DNA of 64,000 nt from the human T2T-CHM13v2.0 reference genome, Homo sapiens: assembly GCF_009914755.1 (NCBI RefSeq), contig NC_060931.1; one strand, written 5' to 3'. Shown here piece by piece: positions 1 through 18,174 of this stretch. Each line of letters opens with the position of its first letter. The first letter of the stretch is position 1. The position numbers and the translations under genes were made by a program. The notes beneath the pieces were generated by a model. The model was not told the DNA's origin, made no database searches, and saw only the letters and a list, made by a program, of their open reading frames with translations.

Positions 1-39
1 CCACTATATTTAGCCCTCATCTCTCCTTGATCTCTGTGA

Positions 40-473
<434 letters not shown>

Positions 474-613
474 ACGTTGACAGTTTTAAGAGTGCCAGTC
501 AGGTATTCTATAGAGCATTTCTCAGTTTGGAATTTTTCTCATATTTAGGCCAGAGTTAGGTGTTTTGGAGGAGAATACCACAAAGGTGAAGCAGACTCAA
601 TTTTTTAACAAAA

Positions 614-675
614 ATTTTCCCTCGTGGTTGGTTGAATCCACAGATGTGGACTCACGGACATGAAGGGTCAACTGA
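614..675. mobile_element. MER2/Tigger-type terminal fragment
   Basis: ggttgaatccacagatgtgga...gagggtcaactg-like terminus. Confidence 0.55.
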
Positions 676-807
676 CTTGGCACAAAAATGTCCCAGAGTT
701 GAGTTGATCTGAGGAGTGGGGAGCAGCTATCCTCACTAGACCCCCACAGGAGCCACCGAGGATGTACATGTCTCATTATGTGAGTCTCTGTTTTTCACGT
801 AACCCAG

Positions 808-1017
808 CACACAAGAGTCAGAGGTCCAACTGCTACAGAATGCCAAACGTTTCACTGAGCAAATACAACAGCAGCAGTTTCACCTGCAGCAAGCTGATAA
901 TTTTCCAGAAGCGTTCTCCACGGAGGTCTCCAAAATGAGAGAACAACTTCTCAAGTATCAAAATGAATATAATGCAGTGAAGGAAAGAGAGTTCCATAAT
1001 CAGTACAGATTAAATAG
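808..1017 (+). CDS. CCDC146: CCDC146 coding exon (probably exon 4; 210 nt, phase 2-2) [15 protein letters not shown]...QYRLN
   Basis: aacccag|C acceptor, AATAG|gtaagt donor, open frame; absent from the ORF track. Confidence 0.92.
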
Positions 1018-2641
1018 GTAAGTGCACAGTTCTCTCCGGCACACTGAAAAGTCTTTTCCTCATAAATAGAAAAAAATCAGATTAAGTTGGAGGTAATTGA
1101 AGGAGTAGGAGATAGCAGTACGATGATGATTGCAAACCTAGTTCTCTTGATTCCTTAGAATGGAATGGGAATTCCCTGAACAAGAAAGTTACACTTCTCG
1201 AATAAAAGCTCAGGTGACAGAGATGCCTGCTGTGTTTTTCATGTCAGGAAAGCCATCTCATTGAGAGCTGCAGTCAGAGAACACACTCCACCAAACCAGT
1301 TATTAGCATTCCCTTGCCCTTCCCCTGCCCTGGCAGTGGCCCCCTCATCCCGTGACTATAGCAGTACCAGAGCACGCATCTGCATGGTGAGCACTTCTCC
1401 CCACATGCATTTTCCAAACAAGCCTCCATGAGCTGAGGGTCACATGTCATCTGGCTCACTCTATTCTTCTAAGAGAGCAGCAACAGGACCACATATGCAA
1501 ACTTCATCTCCTACTACTAGATTGTTCCTCAGGATCAAGGAGAAAAGGTATATCCTTTTGGAAGACACATTTACTTATCCAAATTTAGAGGACGTCATTT
1601 AGTGAACTAAAGCAGACATTAAGTGCTAAAAGGGGAAATGTTATCTTCAAAATCTCTTCTAACATTCCCCCCATGGAGTAGCAAGTCACTGGAGGAGTTT
1701 GTTCAGCAAGTCATACTATTTAGATTGAATTTGAAAATGATTGCAATTCAAGTTTTCTGCTGTGGTGTGCTGTGTGCTGTGCCTGGGTACAGGAGAGAAA
1801 GCAAAACCGTTTCTCCTAGAGTTTGTTACCATTTAAGGTGGCAGAACTTTCTCTGGCTATTTTTAAGAGTAGGTGGACTTCTGACAGTGCAAATATAATT
1901 CAGTCCTTCCTAGAGATAAGCAAGTGACTTGAGCAACCTCTCAAAGACCTTGTAAGCCCTGGGTTTAAAATCCTCTCTTTGGGGCCTATTTTTTCACTGG
2001 CGGTGGGTGGGGGTGGGGTGTGAATAAAGAAGGTCAGTTTAATCAAGAGATCCTATTCAGGGGGGAAAATTGGAGGTTTTTTTGTCTTTCAATCTAAACT
2101 TGTTTCAGGCTTACCAGTGAGATCTATATAAAAAGAAAGCCCAGTTATTTCTGTGCTCTGTAAGTGCTCTTTCAGTTGAGAAAATAATGAAATTAAAACA
2201 ATTGGTGGTTGTTCATTAGCATTGAAAATATGAATGCTTGACATTTCCATGAAAGAGTAAGAAGAACATAAGTCAGTTGATATTTAAATTGTTTAAAATT
2301 TCCAACTATTCCTGCCAAGAGAAAAAAACAAAAACAAAAACCAGAACGGTTGCCCTTTAGGTATAGACAGGCACATTATTCACTGAGATGGGAAGGAGAC
2401 AATGCATACTGACCTGCGGTGAATAAGAACATTCAAAATGCACATTTGCAGAAATGTTTAGTGTGTATTCTTTTTGAATTTATAATGTATCATTCTTAAG
2501 CTTGAGAAGATTCCCTTGCATTCTCAAATATTAACAGCTCAAGAACAAGCTTATTTTCATAAAAGTAATGGTGATGCCAAAAGAAATACCAGTAAAGAAT
2601 GAAGGGCTATGCATTTCATTGGCTTAACATATTTAGTATCA

Positions 2642-3869
2642 CAGTCATGCACCACATAATGGTGTTTCAGTCAACAATGGACTGTCTATATGGTGGTGGT
2701 CCCGTAACATTATAATGAAGCTGAAAATTTACTTTTGCCTAGTATTTACTATTCGATACATTTTATTTTTGGAGTGTACTCTTTCTACTTATGAAAAAAA
2801 TATTAACTGTAAAACAGCCTCAGGCAGGTCCTTCAGGAGGTATTCCAGAAAAAGGCATTGTTATAGGAGATAACAGCTCCTAAATACCTGCCAGTGGGAC
2901 AAGATGTGGAGGCAGAAAATAATGACTTTGATGCTGACCCTGTGTAGGCCTAGGCTAATGTGTGTGTTTATGTCTGTTTTTGTTATTGTTATTGTTGTTG
3001 TTTGTTTTGAGACAGAGTCGTGCTCTGTCGCCCAGGCTGGAGTGCAGTAGTGCAATTTTGGCTCACTGCAACCTCCACTTGCTGGGTTCAAGCAATTCTC
3101 TGCCTCAGCCTCCCGAGTAGCTGGGATTACAGGTGCCCACCACCATGCCCAGCTAATTTTTGTATTTTTAGTAGAGACGGGATTTCACCATCTTGGCCAG
3201 GGTGGTCTTGAACTCCTGTATGTCTTTGTTTTTAACAAAAATGTAAAAGTAAAAAGAAATTTAATTAAAAACCTTACATAATAAGAATACAAAGGAAGAA
3301 AATATTTTTACACAGCTCTACAATGTGTTTGTATTTTAAGCTGTGTTATGAGTCAAAAGCTGAAAAAAGTAAATTTTGTAAAGTAAAAAAGTTACAGTAA
3401 ATTTATTATCAAAGAAAAATATTTTTTATAAATGTAGCCTAAGTGTACAGTGTTTATAAGGTCTACAGTAGTGTAAGTAATGTCCTAGGTCTTCACATTC
3501 ACTCACCACTCACTCACTCACCCACTGACTCACCCTGAGCAACTTCCAGTCCTGCAACCTCCGTTCATGGTAAGTGCCCTAGACAGGTGTACCATTTTTT
3601 ATCTTTTATGCCATATTTTTACTGTGTGTATTCTTTGTTTAGATACACAAACACTTATTGTGTTACAATTGCCTACAGTACTCAGTCCGGTAACCTGCTA
3701 TGCAGGTCTATAGCCTAGGTGCAGTAGGCTTTACCACATAGCCTAGATGTGTAGTAGGCTACACCACATAGGTTTGTGTAAGTGCACTCCGTGATGTTCA
3801 CACAATGATGAAGTTGCCTAACGACGCGTCTCTCAGAATATATTCCCATTGTTAAGCAGCACATGACTG
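2642..3869 (+). mobile_element. Tigger3-family DNA transposon interrupted by a truncated antisense Alu (~2985-3217)
   Basis: Terminal inverted repeats cagtcatg...catgactg; Tigger3-like internal sequence. Confidence 0.8.
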
Positions 3870-6504
3870 CACATGACACAGAAACCAATTCCCTCCACAC
3901 CCTCCCACTGACCTCCTTCCCCCTGGAAAAAGTAGATATTTCCATCCCCACATAAAAATAAAGAGATGAAGCTAATGAGAGAAAACTATTCATCCACATA
4001 TACAGATGATATTTGTCAGACCAGCACAACAAACTCTTATTGAGTTTCTAGATAATAGAAGCCCAAATAACTAGCACTCCTCCACCCCAATATCTTCAGG
4101 AACTTCTGAATCATTGGCAACTACTAAGAACAACTTATTTTTCAAATACTCTAGAGAAAGGATTTTACTGTGTAATTTTGTCAATTTTTTTGTGTATGTT
4201 CACATAACATAAATCTTTTAATGTTAATAAATCTAATTATCTGGTTGGTTGGTTGGTTAGTAATTAAATCTATGTTGCAGTAGTTTCTGTTTCTGGATTA
4301 ATATTTATGACTTGATAAGTATGCAGTTCAGGAAATAATATGTAATCTATTTAAAGTTAAATTAATACATTGTAAATCCATAATAAAGTAATTAAATACA
4401 GTTGAGCTTACTTTTTGAAACAAAACAGGAGTACTTACCTCTCTAAACAGTTTGAAAAGATTTTTCAGTACTCTCTTCAACCTTTGCCTTGCCTTGATTG
4501 TGTTACCTTTTGGGGCTTCCCTGTTTTCTAGTAATTCCTAAAATTTTACAGCAAATACGTTGCGTCTTTCATGCAAAATCTGACACATTCTGACCAGTCT
4601 TGGTCAGTTGGGGGAAACAAGGCTGTGGTGAGCTGGCACTGTCTGTTGCACTGTGAACCCGGAGAGTGGGAACACTCAGGCCGCACACGTGCAGGGCTGT
4701 CCTGACGTGACCCTGACCTTGGTGACTGTCTACTCTCCCGTGGCTGGTTCCTGTGGTCCTTGTTGCACATTCAGGGTTTATTAGTTGTTTTCCATTCTTG
4801 GTCCAGTGCTGATAGCAAAGTTGGAACCAAGAAACAACAGATCTGGTAACAAAGGAAAGGAGGAATGATCTTAGCAACACATCTGGAATTCCAGAAAATT
4901 AGAATGTGACAGAAGAGGCATGTAGGTACTCAGGAGTAGTCACAAGGAAAAACTCATAGCTAGAACAGATTTTACCTTAACTTAAAAAAAAAAAAAGTTT
5001 GCTCTTCTGTGGCAACAAATATCTTAAAAGAACTAACTTAGTTAGAACAGGTTTCTCTGAATGTGTTTCTCATTACTCAAAAAGAAGCACCTGAGACACT
5101 TGTTTGAAAGGAAGATCCCATCCAAAAAGTAATGATTATGATTTTTGCCCCAGCCCACCGCCCCCACCCCAAGTGACATTTGCTTATGTGACTCTGACTC
5201 ACATTATAGTTAGAGGACCGTGGGTTCCAAAGGTGGTTCTCAGCCCTGACTGGTCAGTCACCAGAGTCTCCTCTCAGTGATCATTCAGTCTATGCATAAA
5301 CACTTCCAGTGACAGGAAGCTCTCAGCCTCCCACAGAGGCTCACGCCAACTTTGGAAATGCTCCTACACTTAAATGGTTGTTGGATTTGTTTATAAACCT
5401 ACCTTCTTGCAACTTTCACCCACCCATGCTGTTTCTACTTCTGTGGTGAATGATGCCTCTCACACATGTCAGCATATCGGGCTTCCTGCATTATCTCTTC
5501 ACCCATAGATCCTTAAAACCAAAAGCCTTTTGACGTTGCTTTAGAAAGGAAGTAAATCCTAAGGAGCTTTGATGTTGAAGCACCCCTTAGTCAGGAAAGC
5601 TGAAAAATGTCAGATTTAAGTTTTACTGCAAGTTTGAAAGGTTAGGAGTTAATACATACCAGGAGGCATAGAAACAGAAACATGTTTTTGCCCCAGTAAT
5701 CCCATGCAAAAGTGATAACCCAAAAGGAGAGAAAAAGATATAATGCATAAAGATATTGATATTTATGAAAGTGAAAAATTGGAAGCAATCTGAATTCTCA
5801 AAAAATGTGGAATATTTAAATAATGCATTCCAGAAATACCTTGTTACTGAACCTCTGTAGTCAGAGCGGTATTTGTGTGTCAGTTTAGCTTTGACTGTGT
5901 GACTTTGGAAAAGTTGCTTAACTCCTCAGTTTCTTCATTTGTACAACAAAAATCACAATTCCTACTTAGCAAGGTTGTGAATTTTAGATATGATAAATTT
6001 AAAGCACCTGGCACACAGTATGTTCAGTATATGATAAATAATACTTAAGATTATTTTATTATGGTATATCTACCCAGTAGAAAACCTTGAAAATAGCTAT
6101 TATTATAAAGTCTGTTTAGCAACTTAGGAAAATATTTTAATTAAATGTTAGGTAAAAATGGATTCAACCACACATATACATTTAAAATAAGTTTATTAAA
6201 AGATAACAGGGAAAATAAAAATGATCAACCATGTGTGATGGAGTAGGATTATAATCTTTAAAAATAGAAAAATACATTCCTTTTAGAGGAAATAAGTCAG
6301 TATTTCTTAATAAAAAAAGAAAAATGTATCATAGAAATGTAAGTTTTAAATGTCCTAAAGAATTAGTCATTTTATGTTTGTTTAAACATAAAAATATACT
6401 TAAAGGAAAGACCATAAGTCACATCTTGTGAAAGAGCTTGCTGTCACCATTTTGAAACTCAGAAATACTCAGGTTGCCTTTACAACCGAAAGATAGTAGC
6501 ACAC

Positions 6505-6523
6505 TACTACCCCCTGGTGGCAG
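6505..6523 (-). promoter_or_regulatory. Candidate CTCF motif
   Basis: Reverse complement CTGCCACCAGGGGGTAGTA versus consensus TGGCCACCAGGGGGCGCTA; one conserved C is T. Confidence 0.4.
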
Positions 6524-6689
6524 CATGCCCAAGGTGTAGGATCAATACCTGGGAAGTAAAATACCACTAATGTATATGCAAGCTCTAAAAGCAAAGGCAT
6601 AACTATTTAAAGATCTAAACTCAGCTTCAATTTGTGGTCTAGACAACTAATCTATATTAAATTCAATGTGACACATGTATTACAAAATT

Positions 6690-7545
6690 CATCTACATTA
6701 TTGCAAATAAAATGTCAAAAATAACATAATCCCATTAAAAAGTAGGCAAAGGACATAAATAGACATTTTTCAAAAGCAGACAAATGGCTAAGAATCAAAT
6801 GAAAAAAGTTCATCACTAATCAGAGAAATGCAAATTAAAACCACAATGATATATCATTTTATACCAGTCAGAATAGCTATTATTAAAAAGATAAAAAATA
6901 AGATGTTGGCGGAGTGCTGAGTAAAGGGAACACTTATACATTGTTGCTAGGAATGTGATTGGTACAAGCTCTATGGAAAACAGCATGGATATTTCTCAAA
7001 GAACTAAAAATAGAACTACTAATCCATCTGGCAATCCTACTATTGGCTATATACCCAAGAAAAAGAAATCATATCCAAAAGATACCTGCGCTCATATGTT
7101 TATTGCAACACTATTCACAATAGCAAAGATAAGGCATCAACCTAAGTGTCTGTCAAGAGATTGGATAAAGAAAATGTGACATATATATACAATGGAATAC
7201 TATTCAGTCATAAAATGAAATCATGTATTTTGCAGTAATATGGATGGAACTGAAGGCCATTATCTTAAGTGAAAAAAACTCACAAACAGAAAGCCAAATA
7301 CCACATGTTCTCATAAGTGGGAGCTAAGTAATGTGTACACGTGGACGTAGAGTGTGGACTAGTAGATACTGGAGACTTAGAAGGGTGGGAGGACAGAAGG
7401 AGGGCGAAGGATGAGAAATGACTTAATGGGTATACATGTATATAATTTGAGTGATGGTTGTACCAAAAGCCCTGACGTCACCACACTGCAATATATCCAT
7501 GTAACAAAACTGCACTTGTATCCCTTAAATGTATACAAATGAGAA
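6690..7545 (+). mobile_element. L1 3' end (old L1PB/L1MA type)
   Basis: ORF2 C-terminal remnant (KDTCAHMFIATLFTIAK) plus L1 3'UTR. Confidence 0.85.
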
Positions 7546-8089
7546 AACCTGGTGTGCATGTGCTTTTAGCTCATGTTCCTAGATCTATGGACTAGTGGGA
7601 TCTGGTTATTTGTTATAACCAGTGGACATAATTGTCTGTGTATTCATTTATTTCATATGATTTTCCAAGTGTGATCAATACAAACTTTAAAATCTTTCCA
7701 TATTGGGAAATCATATGACTTCTTTGGCACTTAATAGTTAGTCATTAAATAAAGAATAGCAAGAAAAATGAAAAATATTTCTCTAGATTTCTTCAGGAAA
7801 TCTGGTCAATAAAACAGTTCAAAATACGGTTATTGGAAGAAACACGCAATTATATCGAACTCATTTTGTTTAGAACATTCAAGCTATTTGAAGCAATTTC
7901 CAAAATGTCATTCTAGCATCGTGTCCTCTCATCTTATTAGTTAAAATAAAAATATAAACTTTTTTTGTATTTTCTCTTGAATAAGTGAACAAAACCATAT
8001 GTTCCCATTCACTGTCTGTACTTTCTAATGTTTTTATTTCTTTTGTTTGTTAATCTCAATTTACAATGATGACTGGCTTTTAGAAAAAC

Positions 8090-11540
<3,451 letters not shown>

Positions 11541-12669
11541 CGGGCTTCAAGAATGACGCTCATGTTTATAATTTTGAAAATTAAGTGAATTGAAATGCCA
11601 TTACCAAAAGAAGGAATAGAAAAACAGTAGGTTTCAGATGGGAAGATAATGAGTTTTAATTTGATGGGCCTTTGATATACACAACTGGAATTGCCCAGTA
11701 AGAAATTAAACATAAAAATTTGGAGCTCCAGGGAAATTCTGAACTGGAAATAAGGATGTTTAACGCATCACCGTAACTGGCACTGTGGAAACGGTATACA
11801 GAATAAGAAAAGGAGAAGTTAGGCTTCAGCTAGACTATGCAATAAGAACAAATCTTAAAATCTCAGCAGAAGAACTCAATGGAATTTTGTTTCTCACTCA
11901 TAGCACAGTCCAGTGCAAGTCATGCAGCCACGTCTGTCCTTAGCTTTGCCAGCGGGAGCACGTGCCTTCCAAGTTCAACATGGCTGGGGAAGACATTTGT
12001 TACTTACTTCCACTCACCTTCCTTGGGCAAATTAGTCCAATGGCTCCAATCCAAATGCAAGGGAGACTGTGAAATATAGTCCCTCTGTGTGTCCAGGAAG
12101 GGAAAATGGTGCAGCAAACAATGCCAATGTGTCTGTCACAAGGGCCAAAGGCAGATCCTTATAAACTTAGCCAATGACAGGATAGAAGTGTAGACAAGGT
12201 GTGCCCACCTGGACTGCTTATGAGTTCATGCCACAATTTTAATAGCTTGTAGTGGAAACAAAAGTGAAAATAATTGTCCTCAAATACCCATACCTAATAA
12301 CCACTTAGGCTTGGCTCCTGGTCTAAATCTGCCCTTCACCTGAAATATCCATTCAGTCTCTTATGTATCCATGTCCCTATCACATCTGGATCTCTGTCAA
12401 GTTTCCTCTGGCTCTAGCATTCGTTATACCTCAGGAATGCAATTGTCACACAAAACTGAAACTGAGCTCTTCGAATAACCCTTCTTCACACCTTTGAACA
12501 ACTGTGGACTCTTCTGTGATTTCTGTGAGGGTTTTCTGCAATCTGGATGTAGAAGAATGTGGTGCAATAGGTCATTCTGAGTGACGATCTATTTCCATAT
12601 GCATGCCCGTATCTCATTCAGCACATACATTATTTTAAATAATGAAGATGGGGACAAAACTAATTCTAG

Positions 12670-13270
12670 TTCCATTTATTCATATTAATTTTTACTGGAT
12701 GGCAACTATATGCAGGTACTTTTTAAGACAATGATGATGCAGTGGTAAACTGGGAGCTAGGTTTTCTAGTGGGGAGATGTGTAATATAATGTCAGGTCAT
12801 GATGAATACTGTATAGAAAAGTAAAGCAAAACAAGGAAAGAGTTTTGAGGACTATTGGTACTGTTTTAGATAGATGGCCAGGCACCTCTATGAGAAGACG
12901 ATATCGGTACAGGTCTGCATGAAGCAAGAAGTGAGCTATGCAAAGATCTGTGGCGAGAGCATACCAGCTGGAGGGATCAGATAGGGCAAAGGCCCTGAGG
13001 TAGAATCAAGCTTGGCAAGAAAGCCAGTGTGACTGGTGACAGAGAGTGGCAGGCTGTGAGACTAGAGGGGCTGATGAGGCAGGGCCATGTAGGTTTGGGA
13101 AAGGAGTTCAAATTTTGGTCCAGGTGTGATGGGAATTTATCAAGCAGGGAAGTGAAGTGATCTTATTTACATGTTAAAAAATCACTGTGGTATGGGTGGA
13201 GAATTGACTTTAATGGGCAAAGGTGGATGCAGGCAAAGTAGGAGATCGATTGGGAGGCTGTAGCAGGAAT
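12670..13270 (-). mobile_element. L2 fragment
   Basis: Similar to L2 3' consensus (ggcaaaggccctgaggtag; ttgggaggctgtagcagga). Confidence 0.65.
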
Positions 13271-13611
13271 CCAGGCAGGCACCCGCCCATTCCAAGTAAC
13301 ATAAAGGAGAAAAAGCCCAGAGCCTGCTGGGAAGGACCCTGTGTCCCGAGGCCCGTGGTCCCCAACATTTATAATGTGCTGAGATAACTCCTCTAAGTGG
13401 GTTGTGTTCACAAAGTTGGGTGGGAGTCCTGGGGAGGAGGAAGCACCCCAATGCACCTGTGATTCAGGAAAGGCGTCATAAAGAATGGACACCAGGTTGC
13501 CTGGCCGACAAGCATGGGAATGACATTCTGGGATGAGAAGATAGAAAGTTGTTATTACAGAAAGAGCTTATTTCTTTGTACTTTTTCAAACTTGATTTTT
13601 TTTTTTTGCAG

Positions 13612-13669
13612 CTTAAAGGAAGAAAAAATCATCATAGTAAAAGAATTTGAGAAGATAACAAAGCCAGGA
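13612..13669 (+). CDS. CCDC146: CCDC146 coding exon (58 nt, phase 2-0) LKEEKIIIVKEFEKITKPG
   Basis: poly-T gcag| acceptor, GGA|gtaagt donor, frame continuity. Confidence 0.92.
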
Positions 13670-14033
13670 GTAAGTCTTAGATGATATAGAGTTTCTTAAA
13701 TACAGCTGGATTCAATCATCCCTTTTTATAAATATTAATGTTTATCACAACCACCATAGCCTGAAACATTTTAAAGATTCTAAAGTCTTAACTGTGAATG
13801 ATGCTGAAAAGACTAGCTACATAACTTCTGGAGTAAATATAAGTGATGCCTATTATAGACTTTAGCAACTTGGCATCTAATTTAGGCTGTATTTAGTTGG
13901 ACAATATCTGCTTTGTTTTCAGAAGAAAAAAAAGATTCTGTGGTTGACACTAAAAATATTATTTTGCTATAGCTATCACCCTCATAGCTCTCTGAACATC
14001 TCAAGTTATTACAATAAATTTTTACAAAGAAAA

Positions 14034-14475
14034 TGTATCACTTATCTATTCCTGCCTAACAAATCATCCCAGAACTTAGTGGCTTAAAACAACAACCATT
14101 TCATTTTTTCACAGTTCCGAATATTCTGGTCTGAGCTGGCCGAATTGGGGCTGGGTAATCTAGGATAGCTCCATTCATATACCAGCCGTTTGGTAGGCTA
14201 CTTGGTCTAAGGTCACATGTCACTAGTTGGTCACATGATGGTGGAAGGGTTTCCAGACTCAATAAAGAGCAAACTCCAATATGTAAGACCTTTTTGGGCC
14301 TCTGCTAAAATCATTTTTGGTAATACCCCATTGGCCAATGCAAGTATTATAACATGGGCAAGTCTAGAATCAAGTTGGCCCTACCTCTTAATGGGAAGAA
14401 GGATCAAGACAATGCAAAGGGACATGCATACCCTGCAGATAGGAGGAATTCGTGGCCACTTTTTACAATCTATTA
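14034..14475 (-). mobile_element. MLT1 (ERVL-MaLR) LTR
   Basis: aacaaatcatcccagaacttagtggcttaaaacaac motif. Confidence 0.7.
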
Positions 14476-15438
14476 TAGAACGTAAATAGAATGGTCACCA
14501 TACTTTGCACTCCTTCCACCTTCTGATAATCCAAAAGTGTGTTGGTGGTGGTTTAATTCCAAGGCCAGCTCACAATAAAACCTGTTTAGCATAGAGTAAA
14601 ATACTATTAATTCAAATAAGTATGCCAAACCATCATTTACAATACAGATTTTATGGGAGAAACATTTTGAATTTTCATTCAGATCCTAGGATCACCAATG
14701 ATGCTCTCACCCAGCAGTGGTGGGAGGAGGGAGCTATGCAGAAAGCCCAGGGCAGGCTAAATAGACCCAGCACTTCGTCATTAGTAAGAGTAACGTGTAG
14801 ACCTTCTGAGTGTAAGAAGCCTTCTCTCCCATAAGTCAAACCCTCCCCAGGTAATCAGACATGAGACAAAGATCTTTGATGATTCTGGGGTAGATGGTAT
14901 TTGGGGAGGATGTGCATGAGCTAGAGAAGTAATATCAATAAGAAAGTGGGGGATTAAGGAGTGCAAAGTGTTGGGTATCCAAATATGAACACCTTTGTCT
15001 TTAGTTCCCATGTGACTCAGGTTAACCATAAGTCAGATATTCAAAGATTATTGGCATCTGATTTTGTCAGATCACAAAGCTACTAGAAAACAGACTGTAC
15101 ATTTTTTTTCATGCTTCTTGGTATGAAATAAAAATTAACACATAAAATGAAACGTTTTTAAATGTAGGAGGATAGAAAAGAGCACTAATAAAATAATTCA
15201 AATATAATGTTGTGTTTAATTATACATGCAGTATCATTATCATGCCTTTGTTAAAGATGTCAGAAATCATAAGTTGCATTTAGCTTTATGAGAAATCATT
15301 TAACCTTGTGAGAAATCATTCATGAACTTCAAAACAAATATAATCAAAATGGTGGGTGAAATTAGTTTTAGTTCAGTTTTTAGGTAGATAAATGTTTGCT
15401 CAGACTATATAACCTAATCATCTTCACGACTTTTAAAG

Positions 15439-15615
15439 GAAATGGAGAAGAAGATGAAAATATTGAGAGAAAGCACTGAAGAATTACGTAAAGAAATAAT
15501 GCAGAAGAAATTAGAAATTAAAAATTTACGAGAAGATTTGGCATCTAAACAAAAGCAATTATTAAAAGAGCAGAAGGAACTAGAAGAATTGTTGGGACAT
15601 CAGGTCGTCCTAAAG
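15439..15615 (+). CDS. CCDC146: CCDC146 coding exon (177 nt, phase 0-0) EMEKKMKIL...GHQVVLK
   Basis: cttttaaag| acceptor, AAG|gtgtgc donor; overlaps ORF 15442..15729. Confidence 0.9.
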
Positions 15616-15928
15616 GTGTGCTACTTACCGTTGATATTTAAACATTGTGCCTTGCATGGATATAAAAGTGTGTGGGTATCAAGAGTAACCAGCAGGTTGG
15701 ATAAAGAGGGGTATTGTCTCACAAACTGAAATATCTGCATTGCGATTGATCCTATCAAACTAAATCTAGGCTCTGGGAATGCACAAAAGACCTTAGGGTG
15801 TTTGGGAGTATCACTCGATAATTCGGAGCCCTCACCCTGCGGAAAAGGTCTCTCCTGACCTCACCAAACATTTCTGGACATTAGAAACAAGTGTCACAAA
15901 CACAATTGTTTCCTTGAAGAACAACCAT

Positions 15929-16279
<351 letters not shown>

Positions 16280-16587
16280 CTAACCTCTCACATATATTTG
16301 TATTACCTTATCCTTGTCGGAGTGCATTCCACTTCCTCTCAGTAGAAAAGGGATGAGAGGCCTGTATTTATGTTTTAGGAGATAATGAATTAAAATTCAT
16401 TTTACTTTGAAAAATGTATAAATGACTCTCAAAACAGTTTTAATAACCTAGAGTTGTTTTAAAAACAACATCTGAAACTCATTGGCTTAGGGGATAATGG
16501 TGATACACTTTGACCTGTTTTTCTATAACAGTCCTAGAGCAGACAGCCAAGATGTGCCCAGCTACTGTCCAGAACATAGGACCCTAG

Positions 16588-16760
16588 CAGAGATGGATTT
16601 AACAGGAACCCAGTGAAGCTTAAGCTTCAGGCCCCTCACTTGCATGAACCTCTTCCAAGATGCTGCACCTAAGTTAGCATTTGTAATTGTTTACTCTTTC
16701 TGTTAACGAGGGCCCCCAAGATTGTACAAGTTTCAGCCCCACAAAATTTGATCTGCCCCA
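16588..16760. mobile_element. Short hAT-Tip100 (Arthur1-like) DNA element
   Basis: cagagatggatt...gatctgcccc termini; internal tgaagcttaagcttca palindrome. Confidence 0.55.
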
Positions 16761-17047
16761 GGACTGAGCAAGATCCCACAGAGAAATGTCTCGCCCACCA
16801 CACTGCAGTGACGGATTCAACCTCCCTGCGTGTGTGTTACCCCTGGCTCCAAAGTCCAATGACAACCTCGGGCAGGAAGGGGCTTTTCTATAACCCTTGC
16901 TGAGTACGTAAGACTCTTGAGACTTCAGCTGAACCTCCCATGAATCCACAGAGCATAGTGGGAGGTGCGGTGTTAGACAAACTTAGCTTCCGAGCTTGGC
17001 CTTGCCACTTACTAGCTGTGTGACTTCGGGAAACTTATTTAACTTCT

Positions 17048-17895
17048 TGTAGCATGAGTCTTAGGCAGGGCTCCCCAGAAACAGACCCTAAGACAACTAC
17101 TAATGGAGGGAGAACTCTAAGGAGAATCCTATAGGAGATGGAGGGAAGCAGGATAGAGCTGGGGAAGAAGCTGGGCCAGAATACAGCTGCTTCAGAACTC
17201 TAGTCTCAGCCTGATCCCATGGAGAACTCAAGAAGTCATGAGTTGCATCACAGAGGCTGTTGCACCCAGAGGTGGGGGTGGGGGGTGTCTGTTAGATCAC
17301 CACATCAGTTAGTCATTGGTCTCAGCTTGCTCCCCTCCTCCCTCCACCCCCTGGCTCCCATTCCCTGACAAGGCAGCTCTGCTCAGCCAGTGACAATCTG
17401 ATGGAGAGGAGATTAAGCATGATCCATTAGCAGTCACCCCTGCAGCATTTGAGGGATGGGTGGGCAGACGGGCCCTGGCTTATGATGGTTCAGCTTATGA
17501 TTTTTCTACTTTACAGTGGTGTGAAAGCAGTATGCATTTAGTAGACACCACGCTTCAAGTACCCATGCAACCATTCCGTTTTTCATTTTCAGTATTGAAT
17601 AAATTACATTTATTGTACAGTATTCAATATGTTATGTTTATTTACTGTGTGGCACTCAACACTTTATTATATAATAAGCTTTGTATTAGGTGAACTGTAG
17701 ACTAATAAAAGTGTCCTGAGAATGTAGGCTAGGCTAAGCTATGATTTCAGTAGGTTAGGTGTATTAAATGCATTTTCAACTTAAGGTAGTTTCAACTTAC
17801 AACGGGTTTATTGGGACGTCACTCCATTGTATGTGGAGGAGCATCTGTACCTCCATAAAGGGAATCTGGGCAGAGGACCAACAGTATTTGCTACA
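17048..17895 (-). mobile_element. LTR16-like ERVL LTR containing MER47A (17465-17847), inserted in a MIR
   Basis: tgtag...ctaca termini; MER47A ends cagacgg...gcatctg; MIR core split either side. Confidence 0.7.
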
Positions 17896-18100
17896 CTCAG
17901 TTACCTCCTCTTCAAAATGATAACAAATATAGCTCTCTTACAAGGTCACCGTGAGTATTAAATGGGATAATTAAAGCACACAGGGCAGATGGTAAGTATC
18001 TACATATTGTAGTTCCTTTCTCTCTCATATTTAATTTTCTTGTCTTAATTGCTTCTAGCCGAAGACCGCATAATTTAACATGATTTCGTTTCTTTACTAG

Positions 18101-18174
18101 GATGAAGTGGCCCACCATCAAACCATTCCAGTACAAATTGGAAAAGAGATAGAAAAAATAACACGCAAAAAAGT
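18101..18174 (+). CDS. CCDC146: CCDC146 coding exon (74 nt, phase 0-2) [24 protein letters not shown]
   Basis: tttctttactag| acceptor; AAGT|gtatga donor is required for frame with the next exon. Confidence 0.88.

Noticed and set aside
16614-16629. Perfect palindrome tgaagcttaagcttca
   Set aside because: Appears to be internal to a hAT-type element consensus
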